Made by a program: the position numbers and the translations under genes. A DNA stretch of 40,579 nt from Saprolegnia diclina VS20 (lineage: Eukaryota), in contig NW_008246101.1 in the NCBI RefSeq assembly GCF_000281045.1, positions 311,495 through 352,073 of the forward strand. The letters are read 5' to 3'. This document shows, piece by piece, positions 1 to 11,387 of this stretch. Positions within the stretch are counted from its first letter, which is position 1, and every line of letters begins with the position of its first letter. Under the pieces are notes generated by a model. The model ran no database searches. It was given only the letters and a program-made list of their open reading frames with translations, and was not told the origin of the DNA.

Positions 1-1137
1 GTACCAATGGTCTTGCTTTTCCTCAATGTCGCCAAGCGGAAAGATGTTGGCGTCGACGACGCCGATGCCTCGGCCTTCCATCGCAGCCTCTTCGCTCTCG
101 AGGATCACGTCAAAGCGACCGCCACTGTACCCGTCAAAGCGCGCCGTGAGGTTGCGAAAGTACGCCACGAACGCGTCCGTCCGTAGCCGGTTGCCGTCCG
201 ATGTAAAGTAGTTGGCCCGCAGGTCGTTGCCGTCGACGCCCTCGGTGCGCGACGCATCTCGGAGCCCGATGCTCTTGATGTCGCCATTGGTAGCGTACGG
301 GTACCGGTAGAAGAAGACGACGGCTTCGAGACCGTACGCGGCCTTTTGCAGCACCCACGAGTTGTCGTCTTGGCGCGACCCCGTCGCTTGGCGCTCGCGC
401 ACGTACGCTTCCAAACACGCGTAATCCCGGCAGAGACGGACGCCGGCCGAGCTCGTCGTGCACACGTTTGGCTTGATCACAAACGGAAACGACCGCGGTG
501 TTGCAGCGTGCCACGTCGCGAGGTCGTCCAGTGACGCGATGCGCGTCGCGTCGAGCGAGGCGTCGCGACCGAGGTACCGCAGTGCGTCGTACTTGGACAC
601 TTCGTTGGTCGCGAGCCAGAACGGGTTCATCGAGAGCACGACCAAAACGCCAAAGAGCGCGAGACAAATCGCACTCGCAATCGCAAGCAACGTACCGTGG
701 ACGACCGGCGCGAGGGCCAGAAGCTGCCGCTGGTGCCCGACGCTAACCGCCGCCGCGCCAAGCACGCAGGCCATCCACAGAGACATGGTCGATGCGACCA
801 CCAGCAAGACGAGCCAAGAGAGCACGACGAGCATCGTCCCGGGCACGAGCGCCAGCAAGATCACGTCGCACACACCGAGGATCGCGAGCGTGGCGAGCGC
901 CATACAGAGAAGACCTGGCCACGGCCACAAAAGCGCGAGAACGACGCACGCCACAGCGACTGCCGGTCGTCCGCCGTAGACGCGGGCAGAGACGTAGCGG
1001 TGGCCGACACACGCCGACGCAGTCAAGGCGAGGTAGACACAGAGGTGGAGAAAGAAGGAGGTGGCGTCGAGGAGCGCGCACGTGAGGAGGACGGCGGCGA
1101 GGCTGCCACCGACATAGACGCCGGACGAGGAGGACAT
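1..1137 (-). CDS. Multi-pass membrane protein with C-terminal ATP-grasp-like domain (3' end runs off the window)
   Basis: Open frame from ATG at 1137 to base 1 (379 codons), absent from the ORF track because no stop lies in the window. The first ~170 aa are strongly hydrophobic (MSSSSGVYVGGSLAAVLLTCALL...LALFGVLVVLSMNPFW). They are followed by EVSKY, FPFVIKP..SSAGV, WVLQK..GLEAVVFFYRYP, GGRFDV and VVDAN, in ATP-grasp motif order. Confidence 0.7.
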   Translation of the reverse strand, partial: MSSSSGVYVGGSLAAVLLTCALLDATSFFLHLCVYLALTASACVGHRYVSARVYGGRPAVAVACVVLALLWPWPGLLCMALATLAILGVCDVILLALVPGTMLVVLSWLVLLVVASTMSLWMACVLGAAAVSVGHQRQLLALAPVVHGTLLAIASAICLALFGVLVVLSMNPFWLATNEVSKYDALRYLGRDASLDATRIASLDDLATWHAATPRSFPFVIKPNVCTTSSAGVRLCRDYACLEAYVRERQATGSRQDDNSWVLQKAAYGLEAVVFFYRYPYATNGDIKSIGLRDASRTEGVDGNDLRANYFTSDGNRLRTDAFVAYFRNLTARFDGYSGGRFDVILESEEAAMEGRGIGVVDANIFPLGDIEEKQDHWY

Positions 1138-3903
1138 GGTATGGGTCGCACGGAAGGTGTCTTTTGTGAGACGCGGGTGGATCGTCGGGAGGTCCAGCGC
1201 AATCTCGTCATGTTGTTTTGGGCTGCGGGGTGGTGACTTGGAGAGGCGCTGCAGCATGTTATGTTGGGAGGCTCCAAGCTGGAGAAGACAAAGTGAAAAG
1301 TGAACGAGTGACACCCCGGGTGACGAGGTGGTGAGGGGTAGGGCGAATCGGGCTGGAGGGAACCAGATGGAAAGTTAGCTTGTCGCAGTTTGCGCCGTGG
1401 TATGTCGTGTCTACTCGTGCAGTAGCTTCACAGTGAGAGGGTGATTTGGTACTGCGTTGAGAGTATGGCATGGACGAGGAAAGCATGGTGCGAACTGTGA
1501 TGCATGGTCTCTACAAGATACGTAGTCGAGCACTGAAGGTAGGAGACGCCACTCCGGATTGTACTACGCCGCTCCAAATTTATGGCTACCCAACGTGTTG
1601 GACAGCCAACATTCCGTCAAATCGCCATCACTCTGTGATTGGATCCACATGTTTGGTTATTAAAGCCATGTGTTTTAACTTGGCGTCCCTGCTAACGTTT
1701 TTGTGGAATAAACACTGATGTTATGTATCGTCATACTCGAAATAGAAGATTTGCACGGAACGCGCATGTCAACGACAAGTTGCACGTGAGAGTGGATTAC
1801 GTTTGGTGCACAAAATGCTGAGTGGCACTCTCTTCTCCCACGCAGGAAATTCTGATGTCACTGGTACAGTGTAAGACCTGCGGTCGTGAACCAGTGAAAG
1901 GTTTGAGAGTCACTCCCCTTTGCCCTCATTCGCTTCGCAGATTGCGATCGTAGACCGTTGGAAAAGGCAATTTCTTGAGGCGCAGCACTCGACCAAGAAA
2001 GGCGTGGGACAGTACGTTGTATCGATCGCTGCCAGCTACCACAACGTCAGTACAGAGCAATGTCATGTTCTCGGTGGCTCTTTAGTGCTGGTACGGTCGG
2101 CGTGGCTAAGGCTGCACTCGAGACAAGTTCAAACGTGGCGATGTTGTAGTCTACTGGTTCGGGTCATGGCTCGGAGTTCTTGGACATGGGTGGTTTCCGG
2201 GGTCAGCGGCTAAAGGCACTTCATGACGTGCCGCGCGCAGATTCCGCTGCACGCAGAGCAAGCGGCTAAAAAAGGGCCAGCTGCGCGCGCCGTAACCCTG
2301 CCCGCTCTCGCGACACTTCGGAGTGCGCAGGTGCGCAGGTTGCAGCTTGGAGGCGTCGGAAGGGGCTGGATACCAGAGAGCCGATTACGTTTTGTGTCAA
2401 ATGAGAGCGCTGCCACAACACTCACACAACAGGCCTCCCTCTTATTTAATACCATTTTAAATGCCCCGCTCGGTTTTGCTATAGACCATCCACGCCCTCG
2501 ACTGCTTTCTACCTATAAAACCAACACAATACCCGAGTTTGACGTCGTGGTTTTGCAAAAAGCATGGCCTCCGACTACGCAATCGCTCCACTGGCTTGGT
2601 CGGCCACCCCAGCGTCTCTCCAGTGCTTTGGGTTGGCTGAGGGGCACTACCTGATCAGTTTGACCTTGCTGACTGCGAGCTGGCTGAACGCCAAGAACAC
2701 GTTGAAGAGTGGCAAGGCACTTGGGGTTCTCTGGGCCACCTCTTTTCCGTTGCATCGACGCCGCTCGCGCCATGTCTGCCTTCGTCCACCAGGTAGATGA
2801 CATTCATACCTTCTCAAAGCTCGATTGCTCATCAAGCAACGGCGCCTCGCTGCTCGTGTGTTGAACTTGAGCACCCGCTCGCTGCGCCACGCAGTACACC
2901 GTCCATGGTGCGAACCTGCGTACGCTTCTACGATCCCAAGGCACTCGGTACTCAGTCTTGGGTCGTGACGAAACGTGCTGTCAGTCTGCGTGTCCACGAG
3001 TCGGAAGCGTTCTTGCACATTGGCGCGTCAACCACGAGCTGATCACTCCTTCTTGTTGAACGCCTCGATACCCTACAGCATCGCATCGTCAGTGCCCTCG
3101 TTCATCGCTGGTACCCCTTCCCCAACGATCGCGCCGAAATCAGTGTCGAGAGTCAATATGTGCTCGTTGACGAGAGCGGCAAAGCCCTGCGCAAGTCTAC
3201 AGTGCGGCTCCGGTCGTCGACCACGAGACCCTGTAACGAACAACAAGATGCCGGACAATCGGCACGAGTCCAAGTGTCGAAGCCAAGGTTTCGTCACAAC
3301 CACCACCTCACATCCGCGAAGCAGCGATGGCGCAGCGCTGCAGCACCCTCCAAGTAATACTCTTGAGTCAGAGTTGCCACTTGCATCCACGACGCACCAC
3401 TTTTGGCCACTCGATTGCTCACTCTGCTTGTCTTGATCAACAGCGTTTTGTGTTCGAGCATCACTGTCCATGGCTTGTGGTCGAGCGTTTGAGTGCATGT
3501 ATGTATCTTCAAGGGGTATCCTCTTGCGGGTGTTGCTGGACATGAACGCCAACACTGCGCAAGTGTTCGCCAACAGCGCACCGGGACTCTCGATAGCTCG
3601 ACCGAGAGTTCCGACGTCTCGGTATTCACCTTTCACTTTAGCTCGTGGACACTAGCCATAGTGGCTTATTGACCACATGAAAGCGTGTTCTTCGTCGTCC
3701 GTTCGACAGATTTGCCATCTCTACAACAGACGACAGTGTCGCGGGTCCTCGACCCTATCGTCAAGACCTTGCGGTGTGGAACTCGGATCGTGGGGTAACA
3801 AATGCGCGTCACCACGTCGGCGGCTGCCTCTGCCGGTATATTTCTCTTTACGCAGTGGGAAATATCGCGAATAGAACAAGAAAGATGGGAAAAGGACGTG
3901 GCA

Positions 3904-6900
3904 TTAATGATAACTTTTTCGATCTTGCAGCGTCGCGATGAGGCTGCTGTCGGAAATGACTTTGGCGAGGTGCCCGGTGCGACTAGTTGAGGATGAAAGC
4001 CGACTCCAAGAAGGACCACAAATGTACCCCAACGACCGGCGTCGCACTTGCTGAATCACAGAGTCGGAGGTCGCCATGACGCTCAGGAACGGCAGCGTGT
4101 CGACGGCACCCTGGCGCGTGCGTCGGATCCTACACCGTCGCTCAAAGAAGATAACAAGGCGGTGCGAAGATGCACCCTCTCGACGACTCCATGGAAATGT
4201 GCAAGGCGTCAACGAGGTCGCCAAGTTCGGCTTGACGACGCCGACTAGACCACAGTTAGCATCCTCAGCGATAGGATACTGCGCGTACATGCTTGCTTCC
4301 TTCTCGAATGCGTCGCTGCACAGGTCGATGCCGTCGAGTGCGTCCAAGCTCGTCTCGTGCGCATCGCCCAGCGCAAAGCCGACATCACAAGCCATGGACC
4401 GCATGCCCTGGGCCATGACCCGCCTGCCTTCATCGTTGTCCTACGCCCTCATGAGCAGCAGGTCCTAACGAAATACGATGGTGACATACCGTCCGCAGCC
4501 AGACGTCCGAGTCGCTCACGGCATCCGCAAGGAGTGCGACAGCGTCCATGTCGTCGCACTGACGCCGTGACGGACGGTTGTTCTCAGCCCATGACGCCGG
4601 GCCTTCGGTCACTTCGTCGCCATACCGGCGTCGCCACTCGGTGAGGTACGTCGTATGGAGCACATCGACACCGGACGCGGTGTACGCCGAGGCGAGCAAC
4701 GGTACGCCCTCGGTGAGGTCGACCATGGGCGCGTCCTTCTCGTCCTTCTCGTCGTCCTCGTCATGGGACCGTGACGCGTACGGACGCCACACGACATGCG
4801 TCCAGGGCTGGTCCAAGGGCTGGTTAAAGTCTAAGAAATGCAGTGTCCGGCGCAAGTCGCCACGAAAGAGGCGGTGCAGACGCGTCATGGCCGACGGCGG
4901 CAACGCCCACTGCTCGTGCTCGCTCATGAGCGCGAGGTACGTCGTAAACTCGGCGGCTGTCGGGCGTCGCCACTGGCGAAGCAAATAGGGCGGGTGCGAC
5001 GGAAAGTTCTCGGGCAGCTCTACATGCATCGTCAGCGACACGGACGATGGCACCGACACGCACGCGTGCACGTAGCGATTATCGGGCACTTGGACTGCCG
5101 CGCCATTTGCGAGAGCGCCGAGAGGAAGCCCTTGTCTGCGTCAAAGAGCACATCCACCTGCTCGCAGCAGGTCAGCTCAAGAAAAGCAAAATACGGGCCT
5201 ACGTCTTCGAGGAGCACGAGCGAGAGCGTCTTGGCGCTCGTAAAATCTTCTTTTTGCTTCTTTTTTTTGCTTTTTTTCTTGCGCGTTTGCTCTTTTGCAG
5301 CGCGTTTTGCGTCCTTCTTGGCGCGGACGTCGTCCGAGTAAAAGTCTTCGTCGAGGACGCGGCTCACGTCGACAAGCGGTCGGTTCCCGGATGCCACTGC
5401 TGACGCGCTGCTCGTCGACGCGAGCACGCGACTTGACTGCGTGGCCTCGCCCGCCAGCTCGAGAAGTGTTTTGCCCGAGCGGAGCTGCCCGGCGTTGATC
5501 TCGAGCACTTGGTAGCCGAGCTCGGCCGCACACGCATACACACTGCACGTCTTGCCGGCCCCGGCCTACAATAAATATATATATCAGTTCTGAGGTGCAT
5601 GGAGTCGGATTGTCGTAGAGGGCTACCTCGCCTTGGAGCACGAGGAGGCGGTAGAGCTCCGTGTCCTCTTCGTCGTCGTCCGAGTACTCGGGGTCCATGA
5701 AGAACTCCATGTAGGACGACCGGTCCGGCTGCCTCCCGCTGCGCAGCGTCTTCCAAGCGCGCAGCCATTGGTAGAGCGCAACGACACTCTCTTTGCTGCC
5801 GACCACGCCGTTGAACGACGTCGGTGCGAATCTGTCGACCGAGAGCAAGCCCGAGTCGTCGCGCCGGCTTTTGAGCGCCTGGACCCACCGCCCTCGCTGC
5901 GCGCTGCTGACACTAGACGCCAGGTCCCCATCAAGCGTGGCGGCCGAGTGCACGTAGAGCGCCTCGTCTTGCATGTGTTCGTGGAGGCGGTCGATGTCGT
6001 GGTCGGCGGCAAAGGCGCGCCATGGCGGCGACGACCCGTCATCGACTTCGACGACGATCGGCACATCAACTTTTGGGCCAACAGGCAGCGGCTGCAGCGG
6101 CGTGTCGACGGGCGGCGGCCGGTTGACGTGCCAGAGGTGCCCGGGCGGGTACCGCATTGGCTCTTTCGACCACTTGATAATTGACGTCGGCGCGTCATCG
6201 CCGTCGACGACGATCGGTGCCTTGGCGGTCGGATGCGCTTTTTGGAAGAATGGGTTGACAGCAGCCGTCGTCTTGTGGGCATAAAAGGCCATGTCGAGCG
6301 CCTTGCGCTTCTCCAGATCGATCTGGAATTTCAAAAGTGCTTCTTGCTCCCGCACGAGGGCTTCCTGCGTCTTGATGGCGTCGCGCTGCTGCGGCGTGAG
6401 GAAGAAGGCGTCCTTGCGCTTCGTCGGCGCCTCGGGCGACCAAATCTCCATGCCGTCGTCGTCGTCGTCGGTCGCCTTTTTCGCCGGCTTGGCGCGGACC
6501 CGCCGCTTGGCGCGCACCGGCGCCACTGTGTCTTCAGACGACGAGGCGTCGGTCGTCGTCGAGGGCTTGCGCTTGGCCGCACGCCGTGCGCGCGCCGGTG
6601 CTGGCTCGTCCGGGATCTCGATGCAGTCGATGCTCTCATCGAGCGTCACAATCTCGATGGACTTGGTGGCGGCGAGATTGACCACGGAAGCAGTGTTGGC
6701 TACTTCGGGCGCGGTTGTCGGCGGCTGGCAGAAGAAGCTGAGGCGCAGCTGGCCCTTGTCGTCGGGCTTGGGCTTGGGCTTGCGCTTCTTGCCCTCGCCT
6801 GCCTGGGGCCGCTTGCTCTTGCCATCGACGAACTCGTCGTCGTCGGGCTCCGACTCAATGGCCTCGACGTCGCCGGCCGCAGCGGGCGCGGGCGCGGCCT

Positions 6901-6928
6901 GCTGGAGCCACCGCGCTACGCCTCGCAT
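3904..6928 (-). CDS. ATAD5: ATAD5/ELG1-like RFC-like clamp-unloader AAA+ ATPase (multi-exon)
   Basis: ATG 6928 (MRGVARW). Long disordered N-terminus with PIP-like QLRLSFF and SIM-like IEIVTLDE/IVVEVDD. Walker A LQGE|AGAGKT is joined across an intron at ~5566-5626, followed by VYACAAELGYQVLEINA, EATQS, Walker B VLLED|VDVLFDADKGF and SKCPII. Several more short GT-AG introns; stop at 3904. Confidence 0.8.
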
Positions 6929-7242
6929 GTTGCCAAAACCAACCTGCGGTCGCGGCGCTCGTATCCGGATGGGCCTGCCGCCAAAATGCCTTGATATTTG
7001 TATGTACGGCCAACCCGCTACGATCTTTGGCTTTGGCGTATCCGGATGACCAAAAACCGCGCCAACCAAACCGCCGCGAACCAAAGGGCGCGTGGGTAAA
7101 CACAGGGTAAACGCCATCGCCGCGCCGTTAAACACGTTAAACACCACCAGCGAGACCAAGGAGATGACGTCGACCAGAGAAGAGGTGGGTGGACATGATG
7201 ATTGACACTAGGTTCCTACTTTGGACGCTGACACAGCGCCGT

Positions 7243-8775
7243 CTACAAGCCCATCGCGTAGCGGACGATCTGCGTCTTGACAGGCTCGATGGCGTTGAGT
7301 GCGCCCATGCCGAGGTTGCGGGCCGCGCCGACCGCGTCCGGCGTCGGGCCAAAGAGGCGCTTGAAGCCGTCCATGGCCAGCGACATGCTCACGTTTGCGG
7401 CCTTGCGGTCGTTCTCGTAGTGCTGGAGGAACGTCGGCGCCGAGATGTTGGCGCCAGTCTTGACCCCTTCGGCGAGGAGGTTGCTGAGCGACGCGACATC
7501 GGCAAGACCCATGTTGAGGCCCTGGCCCGCGAGCGGGTGCATGCTGTGGGCGGAGTCGCCGACAAGCGCAACGCAGTCACGCGTGTACCGGGTCGCGTGC
7601 TGGAGCTTGAGCGGGAACGAGAAGCGCTTACCGACGACTTCGGTGACGCGCGGCGGCGCGACGAACGGGTCCGACATGGCACCGGCGGCCATGACGGTCT
7701 GCGCAGCGTTGTGGAGGCCCGTGAGGAGATCCTTGAGCAAAGGCACGTCCGGGATCGCCGGCGGCGCCGACGGGCGGAAGAGCGCGTCGTTGAGCGCGGC
7801 CTGGAATTCTTCGGGGTTCATCGCCATGAGCTCGTCGGCCATGTCTTCCGTGCACGACCACACGATCGAGGTGTAGCCATCGCGCAGCGGAAGGAGCGCG
7901 AGCGGGCCCGTGGGGAAAAAGCGCTGGTACGCGGTCGCATGCGGCGTCTCCGTCTTGATGGTCGCGACAAGCGCCTGCTGGTCGTACGACCAGCCCCACG
8001 TGCCGAGGCCCGCGAGCGTGCGCACGAGCGACTGGCCACCGTCGGCGGCCACGACCAGGCGGCCACGCAGCTCCTCGCCACCTTCAAGGTGCACTGTGCT
8101 GTAGCGGCAGACTTCGTTGCCCTTGAGGAAGTTGCGCACCTAAAGGAAGCGTGAGCGGAGGCGGGGCATAGAAACGCGACGAATAAGGCCACGACAATTG
8201 AAGAAGGGACGTACAACAGCAGGGCTGTGGATGCGGAGCGGCTGCTCGTCGCCGTCCTGCGCCGCGAGCTCCTCCATGCGCGCCATGAGCGCACGCTGCA
8301 AGACACCGTGCTCGATGATGAAGCCCAAGTTCTGGTCCTTGACGCCGGCCTTGGCAGCGTCAAAGCGCACAAAGCCATCGCCCATGGCGTCCCAGACCTG
8401 CATGTCCTGGAACGGAGCAATGTGCTTGTCGCTCATCTTGGACCAGACGCCAGCGGCTTCGAGGAGCTTCTTCGAGGCCGGCGTGATCGAGTAGACGCGG
8501 AGGTCCGGAAGGCCAAGGTCCTCGGACTCGACCTTGCGCGGCGGCTGCGTCTCAATGATCGACACCTTCTTGCCCTTGAAGAGCGGGTTGGACTTGAGGC
8601 TGCACGCGAGCGCCGAGCCAACAATGCCGCCGCCGACAATAAGCACATCGTCGAGCTTGGCAGCATCGAGCTCACGCTGCTGCTGCTTCTCGGCGAGCGT
8701 CATGGACATGGCGCGAGAGCTCTGCTGCATGAGCGGGCCGCGGGCGGCGCGGCGGACAAGGGCGGGGCGTAGCAT
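7243..8775 (-). CDS. COQ6: Ubiquinone biosynthesis FAD monooxygenase COQ6, mitochondrial
   Basis: Arg-rich presequence (MLRPALVRRAARG), DVLIVGGGIVG, RVYSI, VAADG, QRFFPTGPLALLP and LVGDSAHSMHPLAGQGLNMG motifs. One 75-nt intron at 8140-8214. Confidence 0.92.
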
Positions 8776-8945
8776 CTTGACCACGAAAAAAACGCAAAAT
8801 GGCAGTCTTCACGCCCACAGCCTTTTTGGCCAATCAGACGTGTTTATGGGGCAAAAAGCGACCAATCCGCGCGCGCGAAGCGCCGACCAATGCATTGTTG
8901 GTGCCAACGCGGAGGATATCGAGCCATTTTTGCAGCAGTCGCAGC
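8776..8945. promoter_or_regulatory. 170-bp bidirectional promoter region with three CCAAT boxes
   Basis: Head-to-head COQ6 and RRM/CCCH gene; CCAAT at ~8830, ~8862 and ~8887. Confidence 0.5.
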
Positions 8946-10965
8946 ATGGCCCACCTCGTCTCCGTGCGCAACCTGGCGCCGGGCATCTCGGCCGAGAAGC
9001 TCCGGTCGGCCTTCAAGAAGTTTGGCAAGGTCGCCTCGGTCAACGTCAACGACGATGGCACCGGGTACGTGCGCGTCGTTGTCCTGGCCTCGTGGCTCAT
9101 CGTGCTCCTGCAGCTCGATCATGTATGAGAAGGCGAACAGCGCGTCGAGCGCGACGCAGTCGATGAACAGATCGGTAGGCGCCACGCTGGCATTGTCGCG
9201 CGCTCATGCTGTGTACGTAGGTCGTCTTTGGCAAGCGCTTGCAAGTGACCACAGGCGAATTCAAGGAGGCGGCGGCGCCGGCTGGGGCGGCCCCGGTTGC
9301 GGAGCGGCGCGCCTTTCTTGGGCGCGGCGACAAGTTGATCGCGTACAAGAAGTCCAGGACGCTCTGTGCCACGGTGTCCTTGGGCGGCGTGTGCACGCAC
9401 GGCGACGACTGTCTCTTCAGCCACGACCCCGAGAACGCGCTCACCAAGTCGGACAACCTGTGCCGCAACTTTGCCAAGACGGGCAAGTGCCCCCACGGCG
9501 ACCGCTGCCTCTTCAGCCATGACCCGACGATCGACAAGCGGTCGATCTACAAGTGCCGCAACGTTGAGAAGTATGGCGAGTGCACTCGCCCCGACTGCGC
9601 GTACAAACACCCGCACAAGCGCACGACCGACGCGCCCGAGCCGCCGGCCGCCAAGAAGCTCAAGATCGCGTCCGTCCCCAAGAGCCAGCGCGCGCCCATG
9701 CCGACAACGACAACGACAACGACGCCGGCACCAACGTCTGCCGCGTCGTCGTACGTCGATGCAACTCCATATTCCTTTGCTCATGCACCGAAATGTGTAG
9801 GAAGGCGCCCATGTGCGCCGAGTGCATCACGGCGCCGGCGACGCTTCTCTGCGCGCAGTGCGAAGAGCACTACTGCACGACGTGCGATGCGACGGCCCAT
9901 GCGTCGCGCGTCATGTCCAAGCACACGCGCACGGCGCTCGCCGTCCCTGTGGTCTGCGCCGAGTGCCGCACTAGCGCCGCGTCCGTCCGCTGCACCAAGT
10001 GCGAACTCGACTTTTGCTCGGGCTGCTCGTGGAAGATCCACGAGTTCCGCGTCTTCCGCAGCCATCGCCGCGAAGCTATTGGCACGACGTCGTCGAGCGA
10101 CGAGTCGGATCAAGAAGAGAAGCAAGACGTCGAGAAGGTCGAAGAAGCCAAGGACGTGGCCATGGAAGACGAAAGCGAAGAGGAAGAAGCCGCGCCAGTG
10201 CAAGCGACGCTGGTGCCCAAGAAGCCGATCATCCGACCGATGCCCAAGATGGTCCTCAGCGACGAAAGCAGCAGCGAAGAAGAAGATGACGTCGCTGCCG
10301 TCAAGACGCCGGTCGCTGCCGTCAAGACGCCTGTCGCTGCGGTCAAGACACCTGTCGCTGCGGTCAAGACACCTGTCGCTGCGGTCAAGAAGCCCGTTGT
10401 GACGGAGCTGTCGAGCGAAGACGAGAGCGAGGACGAGGTCGCGCCGGCGCAAGCGGCTCCCGCCACAACGCTCAACAGTGAGAGCAGCGACGACGAAGAA
10501 GAAGAAGTGGTCGCGCCCAAGAAGGCTTTCGTGCCGGCAACGTTCGCCGCGGTGGCCGCCGCCACGGAGCTCAGTACGGAGAGCGACAGCAGCGACGACG
10601 AAGTGACCGCGGCGCCCAAGCAGGCGCTGCAGAAGGCGGTCGCGGCACCGGCCGCGTCGCTGAGCAGCAGCGATGACGAGAGCGACGACGACGACATCAA
10701 GGTGGTCAAGAAGGCGCCGCTTGCGTCCACGACGACGCACTCGGTCGTCAAGAAGATCCAGAATTACGCAGAGTCGGACGCGACGGACGTGCTGCATCTG
10801 AGCCCGGACCTCAACAGCTACGAGCGGCTTTTGGCCCACGACACGGCCGAGAAGCTCGGGCTTGCGCACGTGAGCGTCGGCGACGGCCTCGACCGCCACA
10901 TCACGGTCTCCAAATCGGCCCAGGTCCCCAAGGCCAAGAAGGCATGGTCAAAGTCGCGCGCGTAA
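8946..10965 (+). CDS. RNA-binding protein: RRM + 3 CCCH zinc fingers + 2 B-box zinc fingers + acidic/Ser tracts + C-terminal R3H (~624 aa)
   Basis: Exons 8946-9064, 9114-9174, 9221-9750 and 9801-10965 join in frame through GT-AG introns. RRM VSVRNLAPGISAEKLRSAFKKFGKV; CCCH e.g. CRNFAKTGKCPHGDRCLFSH; B-boxes CAEC..C..CEEHYCTTCD..H and CAEC..C..CELDFCSGC..IH; R3H LNSYERLLAHDTAEKLGLAHVSVGDG. Confidence 0.8.
10291..10395 (+). repeat. Coding 21-bp tandem repeat x5 (VAAVKTP)
   Basis: gtcgctgc(c/g)gtcaagac(g/a)cc(g/t) repeated five times in frame; the last copy encodes VAAVKKP. Confidence 0.95.
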
Positions 10966-11387
10966 GAACCGCAACCCTGGCTACGAGTATACTACAACTA
11001 CACGATGGATCCCAATGCATTCTTTGATACACAAACGCTTCGTCATGCACCCTTGGCCTGCATACGGAGGGTCGGGACATTTGCGACCAGGGTTGACACC
11101 AGCATGGCTTCGAGAGCAGAGCGTCAGGAAGATACCGGTATCCCCTCATGAGTTCGGTGGGATCGTATCGATGGAAACACCTACCATGGTCTTCGAGAAC
11201 CAGCTTGGAGGACGCATACACCGCCGTCTTCACCGCATGCCGTGCGCGCGGATCCATCATCTCGGTGGTACATCGCGTGAGGAAGTAGGTCTGCAAGGTC
11301 CTTGATCATTCTGCAGCACCTCCGCGGAACTTGTAGTTTGGAGCAGTTGTCGTATTTGGTGTTAGAGGCTCATATGGTGTACGCATC

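Noticed and set aside
6929..7159. Upstream extension of the ATAD5 ORF
   Set aside because: Overlaps motif-rich promoter DNA and has no ATAD5-like content. ATG 6928 is more plausible.
10966..11387. ORFs between the R3H gene and the nitroreductase
   Set aside because: Short, no motifs, and located in a convergent 3' UTR interval.
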